Assembly (NCBI GenBank): GCA_003132325.1
Contig: PKXK01000075.1
Location: 23,763 to 87,762, forward strand
Source of the DNA: Acidobacteriaceae bacterium
GTDB lineage: Bacteria > Acidobacteriota > Terriglobia > Terriglobales > Acidobacteriaceae
Length of the DNA: 64,000 bases
Direction: 5' to 3'
Shown here: one piece after another, positions 19,648-27,452 of the stretch
Numbering within the stretch: position 1 is the stretch's first letter
How the letters are laid out: every line of letters begins with the position of its first letter
Notes under the pieces: generated by a model
The model's database searches: none
What the model was told of the DNA's origin: nothing
Seen by the model: the letters and a program-made list of their open reading frames with translations, nothing else
Position numbers and translations under genes: made by a program

Positions 19648-20535
19648 TTATTTCTTCTCCTTGCCGGCCGACTTCTTTTTGGGAGCGGATTCGAACTTGA
19701 AAACCGCCGCCGCCGCATCATGCAACAATGATTGTTTGTGTTCCGGCTTGAGATTCAGCAACTCGATCTGGCTCAGGCTCTCTTCATGCAGGATGAGCGG
19801 ATAGTCCGTACCCCACAACACCTTGCCTTTGCCACGGCTGTTCAGGAAATGCACCAGTTTCTTGTCCCAGTATTTCGGAGCATGCCCGCTGGCCGCGATG
19901 TACACATTCGGATGCTTCCACGCCATGGCAATCAGCTCTTCTACCCAAGGCCAGCCGCAATGCCCGCCAATCAACTTCAGTTCTGGGAAATATAAGGCAA
20001 TATCGTCGAGCAGGATGGGCTTCCCGCACGCGCTGGGCATGAACTCCGCCGAGTGTCCGACCTGAAACACGACCGGAATATCGAGCTCCGCACATTTCGC
20101 GTAGAAGGGAAACCATTCGGCCGCATTGATCGGCAGGCCGAACCCGAACGGATGCACGTGCGCACCCTTGAAGCCATATTCCTTCACGGCATGTTCGAGT
20201 TTGCGGACGCCCTCCATGCGTTCGAAAGGATTGATTCCCGCCAGCCCCACGATCCGGTCGGGATACTGTTTTACAAGCTTGGCAATGTCGGCGTAGTCGA
20301 AATCCGCCCCCATCTTGTTCTTGCGGTAGAAAGCCTGCTTCAGGGCCGGCACGCATACTTTTTCCACGCCCAGACGATCCATGTTGGCCACGAACTCATC
20401 CGCCGTGAAGCCTTTCATGTTGGCCTTGCGTCCCCACTGCACGCCCATCATGAAGAACACCTCTTCATTATCCAGAAAGAGATGCTTGATACCTTCCGGG
20501 GTGAACGGATTGCACCAGACGTCAATTGCTCCCAT
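19648..20535 (-). CDS. Amidohydrolase-2 family (ACMSD/LigI-like metal-dependent hydrolase or decarboxylase)
   Basis: MGAIDVWCNPFTPEG.., ..GFKGAHVHP.., ..VVFQVGHS.., ..GGHCGWPW.., ..VLWGTDYP.. show the typical TIM-barrel amidohydrolase_2 metal-ligand spacing. Confidence 0.8.
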   Translation of the reverse strand: MGAIDVWCNPFTPEGIKHLFLDNEEVFFMMGVQWGRKANMKGFTADEFVANMDRLGVEKVCVPALKQAFYRKNKMGADFDYADIAKLVKQYPDRIVGLAGINPFERMEGVRKLEHAVKEYGFKGAHVHPFGFGLPINAAEWFPFYAKCAELDIPVVFQVGHSAEFMPSACGKPILLDDIALYFPELKLIGGHCGWPWVEELIAMAWKHPNVYIAASGHAPKYWDKKLVHFLNSRGKGKVLWGTDYPLILHEESLSQIELLNLKPEHKQSLLHDAAAAVFKFESAPKKKSAGKEKK

Positions 20536-20537
20536 GC

Positions 20538-20957
20538 TCAGTCGTGCTCCTTATAAGAGTTCTCTTCCGCCAGTTCGATTAGGATGCCGCTCGTATCTTG
20601 CGGTGCGAGGAATGCGATTTGCCGGTCATGCAGGCCGCGCCGCGGCACTTCGTCCAGCAACTTGATGCCGTGGCTGCGCAGCTCGGCAAGGCGCTCCGAG
20701 ATTCCGTTAACTTCGAACGAGAGATGATGGACCCCTTCCCCGCGCTCGCGCAACAGCCGTCCTACCTTGGTGTTCGGTTCGCGCGAACTCAGCAGTTCCA
20801 GGTGGATTCCGCCCAGGTCCAACACAGTGACGTCGGTCTTGGTTTCGGAGATATGTCCGGTCTCGACCACCTGCGCTCCCAGTACCGAGCAAAAACGCTC
20901 GACCGCAGCCGGAAGGTCGCTCACCAGAACCCCAATGTGGCTGAAACGGCCAAGCAT
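20538..20957 (-). CDS. VOC family protein, methylmalonyl-CoA-epimerase-like
   Basis: Start MLGRFSHIGVLVSDL (RBS GGAGG upstream). ..IHLELL.., ..GVHHLSFEV.., ..ILIELAE... Confidence 0.8.
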   Translation of the reverse strand: MLGRFSHIGVLVSDLPAAVERFCSVLGAQVVETGHISETKTDVTVLDLGGIHLELLSSREPNTKVGRLLRERGEGVHHLSFEVNGISERLAELRSHGIKLLDEVPRRGLHDRQIAFLAPQDTSGILIELAEENSYKEHD

Positions 20958-21000
20958 GAAGCCAGCGCCTCCTGCGCGTTGCGGCAAGGGACTATTACCA

Positions 21001-21014
21001 ACCAAACGTTTGCT
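21001..21014. promoter_or_regulatory. Operator-like palindrome, copy 2 (ACCAAACGTTTGCT)
   Basis: 13/14 match. It lies 44 nt upstream of the 20957 start and abuts the -10 of the minus-strand promoter. Confidence 0.7.
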
Positions 21015-21042
21015 TTATAGCAGAGCGGAAGCGCCCCGTCAA
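21014..21042 (-). promoter_or_regulatory. Sigma70-type promoter TTGACG-17-TATAAA
   Basis: The minus strand reads TTGACG gggcgcttccgctctgc TATAAA, followed by GCAAACGTTTGGT. Confidence 0.55.
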
Positions 21043-21110
21043 TCCAACCTCCACTCCTCGGCGCGCCAAGGTCCCACCCCTAAGGAAAATGCGGAGAGCT
21101 CGCCCGGTTC

Positions 21111-21139
21111 TTGACAACCTAACCCGTGCTCCCTATTAT
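21111..21139 (+). promoter_or_regulatory. Sigma70-type promoter TTGACA-17-TATTAT for the etfB operon
   Basis: TTGACA (21111-21116), a 17-nt spacer, then TATTAT (21134-21139). The palindrome starts 13 nt downstream of the -10. Confidence 0.6.
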
Positions 21140-21151
21140 CATATCGAACCA

Positions 21152-21165
21152 AACAAACGTTTGGT
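21152..21165. promoter_or_regulatory. Operator-like palindrome, copy 3 (AACAAACGTTTGGT)
   Basis: 13/14 match. It lies at the predicted transcription start region, 28 nt upstream of the etfB ATG. Confidence 0.7.
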
Positions 21166-21192
21166 ACTTTAGTCTCCCGTGGGGACTCGTCC

Positions 21193-21996
21193 ATGCACTT
21201 GGTCGTCTGCCTCAAGCAAATCCTCGATCCCGAGATTCCATCGAGCGATTTCAAATTAGACACGCAGGCACGCGGTCCAGCGGAAGGTATTGCTTCGTTC
21301 GTGCCCAGTATCTTCGACGAAAATGCCCTCGAAGTCGCTCTCCAGGTCCGTGAAGCCGCAGGAGCCGGAAAGATCACCGCCATCTCGATCGGGCCGGATT
21401 CCACGATTGACGTTGTGCGCAAAGCGCTTTCCATGCGGGCCGACGAGGCCATTCTCATTCGCCAGGGCGAATTCCCCGATCTTGACACCTATGGCACCGC
21501 GCGCATTCTCGCCTCCGCTATTCGCAAGCTGGAACCTGCCGACCTTATTCTTTGCGGCCGGGAGTCCGGCGACTGGTACGGAGGTCAAGTGGCCGCCTTC
21601 CTCGCGGTAGAATTCAATTATCCTTACACCGCGCTCGTGGCTGCCGTTTCCCAGCAGGGAATGGAATGGCACTTTCGCCGCCAGTCTGATGACGGCTGGG
21701 AAACCATTGCGTGCTCGGTTCCGGCAGTGGTGAGCGTGACCAACGACGATCATAATTTACCCCGCATACCCAAGGTCCGCGACAATATGATCGCCTTCCG
21801 CAAAACCATTCCGGCATGGACCGCGAAGGACCTCGGCCTCGAACCCCAGTCGACCCGCGGACCCAACGCTGAGCTTGAACTGGAAAAACTCTATATTCCC
21901 CAGGTATCCCGGCAATGCCGCATTATCGCAGGGGACAACGTGGATCAGAAGGCAGAGCAGTTGGCGCAACAACTCGCCGACCTGCATGCCATTTGA
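21193..21996 (+). CDS. etfB: Electron transfer flavoprotein beta subunit
   Basis: MHLVVCLKQILDPE.., ..LILCGRESGDWYGGQV.., ..VVSVTND.. form the typical EtfB pattern. Confidence 0.9.
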   Translation: MHLVVCLKQILDPEIPSSDFKLDTQARGPAEGIASFVPSIFDENALEVALQVREAAGAGKITAISIGPDSTIDVVRKALSMRADEAILIRQGEFPDLDTYGTARILASAIRKLEPADLILCGRESGDWYGGQVAAFLAVEFNYPYTALVAAVSQQGMEWHFRRQSDDGWETIACSVPAVVSVTNDDHNLPRIPKVRDNMIAFRKTIPAWTAKDLGLEPQSTRGPNAELELEKLYIPQVSRQCRIIAGDNVDQKAEQLAQQLADLHAI

Positions 21997-22014
21997 AAGA
22001 GATCTGGATAGCAC

Positions 22015-23016
22015 ATGCGTAGTGTGGTTGCTGTTCTTATCGCCAATCATAACGAGCTCGGGCGCACCGAAATCGAAGTGTTGAGCGTCGGCGTGCGCCT
22101 CGCGGAGGATCTGGGCGGCACGCTGACTGCCGTCCTTCTCGGCGAACCGCCCGCCAGCTTCGCGCCCAGCTGCTTCAGCTATGGAGTGAACCGGGTAGCA
22201 GTTGCCGAAGGTCCAGTGTTCTCTGCATACCAGCCGATAGCGTTCTCTGCCGCGATCAAGCAGGTCATTCGAACTATCGGGGGCGACGTTCTCCTCTTCC
22301 CCAGCACCACCTCCGGACTGGAATTGGCCCCTCTCTCTGGACACAAGCTAGGCGCCAGTGTAGTGATGGACGCCGTCGGGGTTGATGGCAAAGTAGACGG
22401 CGGCGGAATCCGCATCCACAAGCCAGTCTTTGGTGGAAAAGCCCAAAGTCTGCTCATCGCCCGCAAAGCGCCGGTTGTCGTTGCGCTCCGGATGCGCTCG
22501 ATCGCACCCGTCGCCAAGCAGGAGAACACCCCGGGAGAAATCATCAAAGTTCCCGTGACCGTTACTTCTCCCGCCGGAACTTGGCGCTTAGTTGATCGCA
22601 ACGTGGAGCAGTCCGAGGGCCTTCGTCTCGAGGACGCCCGCATTGTGGTCAGCGGCGGCCGCGGTCTCGGCGGCAAAGAAAACTTCGCTTGCCTGGAAGA
22701 ACTCAGCAGAGTACTCGGCGCCGCTCTCGGTGCATCCCGCGCCGCCGTGGATCTGGGATGGGTCCCTTCCACCTGGCAGATCGGTCAGACCGGCAAAAAG
22801 ATTGCGCCAGACCTGTACCTCGCGGTGGGCATCTCCGGAGCTAGCCAGCACATGGTTGGGATCGCCGGGGCCAAGCATATCGTCGCCATTAATAAAGATG
22901 ACAAAGCGCCGATCTTTCAGATGGCGGAATTAGGGGTCATCGAGGACTATCGCGAATTCATTCCCAAGTTGATTGAGGCGGTCAAGAAACGCAAGGCTTC
23001 CGCCACCACACTATGA
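22015..23016 (+). CDS. etfA: Electron transfer flavoprotein alpha subunit
   Basis: ..[60 protein letters not shown].. is the EtfA FAD-binding signature. Confidence 0.9.
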   Translation: MRSVVAVLIANHNELGRTEIEVLSVGVRLAEDLGGTLTAVLLGEPPASFAPSCFSYGVNRVAVAEGPVFSAYQPIAFSAAIKQVIRTIGGDVLLFPSTTSGLELAPLSGHKLGASVVMDAVGVDGKVDGGGIRIHKPVFGGKAQSLLIARKAPVVVALRMRSIAPVAKQENTPGEIIKVPVTVTSPAGTWRLVDRNVEQSEGLRLEDARIVVSGGRGLGGKENFACLEELSRVLGAALGASRAAVDLGWVPSTWQIGQTGKKIAPDLYLAVGISGASQHMVGIAGAKHIVAINKDDKAPIFQMAELGVIEDYREFIPKLIEAVKKRKASATTL

Positions 23017-25019
23017 CGCCGACGCGCCAAGTCTATTTCAACATCACCCAGGTTTGGGTGATGTACCTGCTGTTCGCGATCACGCTGGCGGTGTTTTGCC
23101 ATGGCATCTACCGTCATTGGCGTCGCTGGCAAATCGGAAGGCCCGTACAGCGTCTCGATCAGCTTGGTACCCGTCTGAGGCTATTGCTAAAGCAGGCCCT
23201 CGGCCACGAGAAGCTCCTCAAGCGCTATTCCGGCGCGGGAGTTGCGCATCTTCTCATTTTCTGGGGCTTCGTTTTTCTCTTCATCGGCACCGTCGTGGTC
23301 TTTATTCACGAGGATCTCCACATCCACATCATGCAGGGCAGCTTCTATCTGTATTTCGAATCGCTGACCCTGAACACCTTTGGCGTGTTGTGCATCGCGG
23401 GAATCGTCGCCGCGCTGGCTCAGCGCTACGTCCGCAGGCCGAAACGGCTGAAGCCCGATAAGCCGGACGATGCCATTATTCTGCTTGCAATGCTGCTCAT
23501 CCTGGTGACCGGCTTCATGATCCAAGGTCTGCGGATTCAAATCACCCACGATCCGTGGGCGGCTTGGTCACCCTTCGGCAAGGCTGCCGGAATCCTCTTT
23601 GCCAGATTTCTCAGCTCTGCTCAAATGCTCGTCCTGCACCGCGCGATCTGGTGGTTCCACCTCGTCGTCGTCTTCTCCTTCATCGGCTGGATCCCCTACT
23701 CCAAGCTGTTCCACGTCTTCACCGCTCCAGCGAGCATCTTCACGCAAAACCTCACGCCCCGCGGCCAGCTTCCCTTGCTGAACCTGGAAAAAGAAGAGGA
23801 ACCGCTCGGAGTAAGCCGGCTGCAGAATTTCTTCTGGAAAGACCTGCTCGATCTCGACGCCTGCACCGAGTGCGGCCGCTGCGAGGTGAACTGTCCGGCC
23901 TTTCTAACCGAGAAACCGCTCTCCCCCAAATGGCTCATCCTGGACGCGCGCGAGTCTCTGCACGCTCACGCGTCCAATGGAGACGGAAACTCGACGGACC
24001 CGGAGGCGCCATCTCCGCTGGTTGGGCCAGTTATAAAGGAAGAGACTTTGTGGTCCTGCACAACCTGCGGCGCTTGCATGGAACAGTGCCCGGTCGCGAT
24101 TGAGCACGTGCCCAAGATCGTCGGTATGCGCCGCCATCTGGTGATGGAGCGCGCGGAGTTCCCCGGAGACCTGGAAAACATGGTGCGCAGCCTCGAAGCC
24201 CGGGGCCATCCTTATCCTGGAGCCAGCGCGTCGCGCACCGACTGGATGCAAGGGCTTCCCGTAAAGTCCCTGGCCGACCAGCCCAACGCCGAGTTTGAAG
24301 TTCTGTTCTGGGTCGGCTGCGCCGGGGCCCTTAACCAGAGGAGCCAGTCCGTTACCCGCGCTGTCGCGGAACTGCTGGCCCGTGCGGGGGTGAAGTTTGC
24401 CGTGCTCGGGCGCGAAGAGCGATGTACCGGAGACTCCGCGCGACGCATTGGGCACGAATTCCTCTTCCAGACCTTGGCGCAGCAGAACATCGCCACCCTC
24501 GACCGTTATAAGGTCAAGAAGATCGTTACCGCCTGCCCGCACTGCTTTAACACAATTAAGAACGAGTATCCGCAACTTGGCGGCAATTATGAGGTCGTGC
24601 ATCACAGCGAGTTCTTGGCCGAACTCGTCGCCCAAGGGCGCCTGAAACCGAGAGAAGCCCCGACCGGCAAAGTCACCTTCCATGATCCCTGTTACCTCGG
24701 CCGCTACAACCAGATCTACGATGCGCCACGGAATCTGCTGGACAGCCTTCCCGGAGTCGAGCGCTCGGAACCCGAATGGAACCGCCGCAACGCTCTCTGC
24801 TGCGGCGGAGGTGGCGGCTTCTCCTTCATGGAAGAAAAACGTGGCACGCGCATGAACCAAAACCGCTCCCGCCAGCTATTGGCGACTGGGGCCGACACCA
24901 TCGCCGTCGGCTGCCCCTTCTGCATGATCATGCTGGAAGACGGCGTGAAGACCGCGGCCCCGGACGAGGCCGTACCAGTGCGGGATATCGCCGAAATCTG
25001 GAAGGCGGCAACCGAATGA
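23013..25019 (+). CDS. Membrane-bound Fe-S oxidoreductase, HdrD/DsrK-like with NarI-like N-terminal membrane domain (EtfD-like ETF:quinone oxidoreductase)
   Basis: About 5 hydrophobic helices in the first ~250 aa. Two ferredoxin motifs (CTECGRCEVNCP, CTTCGACMEQCP) and two CCG-type Cys-rich regions (..WVGCAG.., ..ALCCGGGGG..). ATGA-type overlap with etfA. Confidence 0.85.
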   Translation: MTPTRQVYFNITQVWVMYLLFAITLAVFCHGIYRHWRRWQIGRPVQRLDQLGTRLRLLLKQALGHEKLLKRYSGAGVAHLLIFWGFVFLFIGTVVVFIHEDLHIHIMQGSFYLYFESLTLNTFGVLCIAGIVAALAQRYVRRPKRLKPDKPDDAIILLAMLLILVTGFMIQGLRIQITHDPWAAWSPFGKAAGILFARFLSSAQMLVLHRAIWWFHLVVVFSFIGWIPYSKLFHVFTAPASIFTQNLTPRGQLPLLNLEKEEEPLGVSRLQNFFWKDLLDLDACTECGRCEVNCPAFLTEKPLSPKWLILDARESLHAHASNGDGNSTDPEAPSPLVGPVIKEETLWSCTTCGACMEQCPVAIEHVPKIVGMRRHLVMERAEFPGDLENMVRSLEARGHPYPGASASRTDWMQGLPVKSLADQPNAEFEVLFWVGCAGALNQRSQSVTRAVAELLARAGVKFAVLGREERCTGDSARRIGHEFLFQTLAQQNIATLDRYKVKKIVTACPHCFNTIKNEYPQLGGNYEVVHHSEFLAELVAQGRLKPREAPTGKVTFHDPCYLGRYNQIYDAPRNLLDSLPGVERSEPEWNRRNALCCGGGGGFSFMEEKRGTRMNQNRSRQLLATGADTIAVGCPFCMIMLEDGVKTAAPDEAVPVRDIAEIWKAATE

Positions 25020-25069
25020 GCACAGACATGAAACCGACCTCGATGGAGGCAGAGTTCTAACCGACCTTT

Positions 25070-26236
25070 ATGATCTCAACTGGTCAAACCATCCGGCAAA
25101 CGCCGCCGCTTGAGGTCCTGAACGGCTATCTCCACGACTACGGAGAGAGCGTGCGCCGTTTCTTTCGCGAACAGCAGCGCTCGGCGATGATCTCGCCACT
25201 CTTCAATCTGCCGGGACGGCTCATCCTGGGAAGCTACTGCTATTACGAAAACCTGAGACCACTTCTCCTCGAGTTGCTGCAACACACCACGCCGGAAGCG
25301 ATCGGCCGCAATATGCGCAAGCTCGGTTCGCGCGCCAATTCCATCCATCTGAACTCGCTGATGCTCGGCTACTTCAACGGCCGCGAGCAGCTTCGGTTGC
25401 TGGGAAAGCAGCCGCAGGACGACCTCGACGAACTCGCCTTTATCCTCGACTTCTGGGCCCGTGCTGCAAAGTCCTATCGCAGCGATGGCCACCACCTTCC
25501 CGACGACGCGGATTTCACGATGCCTGTTCTTTCGAAGCAAGATGTGGAAGCCCTCACTGCACAGCTGCGTGGAAGCTGGCCCGAAGAGATCAAGAACAAG
25601 ATCCGCCGCATGATGGCCACCCTCGAGCTCTACACCTTTATCCTCAACGGAGAGGCGCGCATCGGAGTTTTCCATCACGGACCTTACGCCCTCGCTAACG
25701 GGGACGTGCTGGTGGTCAAGGAACTGATTGGCCTGCGAGAGAACTTCTTCCCGTGGGCACATACCGACGCGCGTCCCGGCTGTGATGCCGTTGCCCGGGT
25801 GATGCGCCTTCGCGGGGTGCAAGCGAAGATCGTGCTGATGGGCAGCATGACCACGGTTCCTTCGTCCTACGAGGGAAACATCGTCGCGCAAGCAATTTTG
25901 CGGGTGGACGGCGGCGAAATCCGCTCCGTGGTGCCCGAAGAAATGGACGCGATCACCCAGGCAGCGGCCGAAGCTCAGCTCGAACTCTATCGCCGCATGA
26001 TTGACTGGGACAACCGCTACCGCGTGGAGTATGGGGCTGAACTATACGCCTGCATCCTGAATACTTTCGCGCAAAAGTTGCCTTTGCCCGATTTCGCGGA
26101 CAGCATCCGCCAGAATTTCCGCCGGTCAATTGACCGGCACCTCGACGACCTGTTCACCGGTCGCGAAACCCCGGCGGTGTTGAGTCACATTGCCAAAACC
26201 GATGGGCCGATTTATTCACCCATCGTGGTGAAATAA
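25070..26236 (+). CDS. Conserved hypothetical, unknown family A, copy 1
   Basis: 388-aa ORF in the operon frame with normal composition. Clear paralog of 26241-27452 and 57846-59036 (shared LFNLPGR, RRMMATLELYxFILxGExRxGxFxHGPY, FxPW, TxGPxxxP). I recognise no known domain. Confidence 0.7.
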   Translation: MISTGQTIRQTPPLEVLNGYLHDYGESVRRFFREQQRSAMISPLFNLPGRLILGSYCYYENLRPLLLELLQHTTPEAIGRNMRKLGSRANSIHLNSLMLGYFNGREQLRLLGKQPQDDLDELAFILDFWARAAKSYRSDGHHLPDDADFTMPVLSKQDVEALTAQLRGSWPEEIKNKIRRMMATLELYTFILNGEARIGVFHHGPYALANGDVLVVKELIGLRENFFPWAHTDARPGCDAVARVMRLRGVQAKIVLMGSMTTVPSSYEGNIVAQAILRVDGGEIRSVVPEEMDAITQAAAEAQLELYRRMIDWDNRYRVEYGAELYACILNTFAQKLPLPDFADSIRQNFRRSIDRHLDDLFTGRETPAVLSHIAKTDGPIYSPIVVK

Positions 26237-26240
26237 CTTA

Positions 26241-27452
26241 ATGAGCGCCGTGCACAACCCGATGTCGGTCGAAGAGATCAACCGCTGCATCCGGCTTTTC
26301 GGAGATGCCCAGAAGTCCTTCATGCACGCTGAAAAGCGTGCCGGGTTGCGCTCCGTGCTCTTCGACATCCCTCGCCGGTCCTCGATCGGCTGGCACTGCA
26401 TTTATGAAAAGGGCGCCGCGTTCCTCCGCGAGTTGTCGAATTACGCTTCCCCGGAAGAGCTGGGGCGGCGCATGCAGCGCCTGTGCTCGCGTCCTTACTA
26501 CCTGACACTCTCGATCATGATGTGCAGTTACCTGGGAGCGCGGCAGCAAATTATGCTTGACCACGGCCTCTTGCCTGACAGTGGATTCTCGGAGGAGAAA
26601 ATCGAAGAATTGGGTTTCATCATTGACTGGTGGAGCCGTGTTTGTCGCGCTTATCGTAGCGATGGACTGCTTCTCCCAGAACAAGCGAATAACACCCAGG
26701 AAATCCTCCCAGCCCCAACTGCGAGCGCAATCGATGGGCAGTTACTGCCGATGGAAACGGAAACCACCCACCGGCTTCGCCGCATGATGGCCACTCTCGA
26801 GCTCTATTGCTTCATCCTGCACGGCGAGCAGCGAGATGGTATCTTCGGCCACGGTCCGTACCCCGCCTGCGATGGTTCTCAGCTCGTCATCCTGGAATTT
26901 ACTGATCTCCAGAATGATTTTCTTCCGTGGGCGGAAACCAAAGTTAGGAATCCATATGCCAACCTCGCCGTCGCCCTGCGGATCAAAGGCGCGGCTGCCG
27001 AGTTCCGGCTCTTCGGCAGCATGCTGCTGAACCCGCCGGACCTCGCGGAGTCCTTGCAAGCGGGGCGCCTCTTCACGCGCGCTGCCGACGACCAGATTCT
27101 GCCCATTCCTTTCTCCGAAATGCCGTTTATCCAGCGCTGTGCCGCCGATGCGCAAAACGAACTTTATCTGAAAGCTGGGGAATGGTCGCCCCGCTTTCAG
27201 GCAGAATACGGCGTCCACTTGTTCGCCAATCACCTGCGCTCATTTTTTCATCTGACAGAACTCGGCAGCAGTTATGACGAGCGGATTCGCCAGGAGTTTC
27301 AATCCGCGGCGGTCCCGCTGATCGAGACTTTACTTTTGCAAAAGGAACCGCCTTCCATGTGGAGGTTCATGGCCACCACGGAAGGCGACTTTTTCTGGCC
27401 TATAGCGATCCACCAGGAGGTGCCGGCACACAATGTCCACTCGCAAGGTTAA
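26241..27452 (+). CDS. Conserved hypothetical, unknown family A, copy 2 (tandem paralog)
   Basis: 403 aa. RRMMATLELYCFILHGEQRDGIFGHGPY.., ..DFLPW.., ..TTEGDFFWPIAI. It starts 5 nt after copy 1 ends. Confidence 0.7.
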   Translation: MSAVHNPMSVEEINRCIRLFGDAQKSFMHAEKRAGLRSVLFDIPRRSSIGWHCIYEKGAAFLRELSNYASPEELGRRMQRLCSRPYYLTLSIMMCSYLGARQQIMLDHGLLPDSGFSEEKIEELGFIIDWWSRVCRAYRSDGLLLPEQANNTQEILPAPTASAIDGQLLPMETETTHRLRRMMATLELYCFILHGEQRDGIFGHGPYPACDGSQLVILEFTDLQNDFLPWAETKVRNPYANLAVALRIKGAAAEFRLFGSMLLNPPDLAESLQAGRLFTRAADDQILPIPFSEMPFIQRCAADAQNELYLKAGEWSPRFQAEYGVHLFANHLRSFFHLTELGSSYDERIRQEFQSAAVPLIETLLLQKEPPSMWRFMATTEGDFFWPIAIHQEVPAHNVHSQG

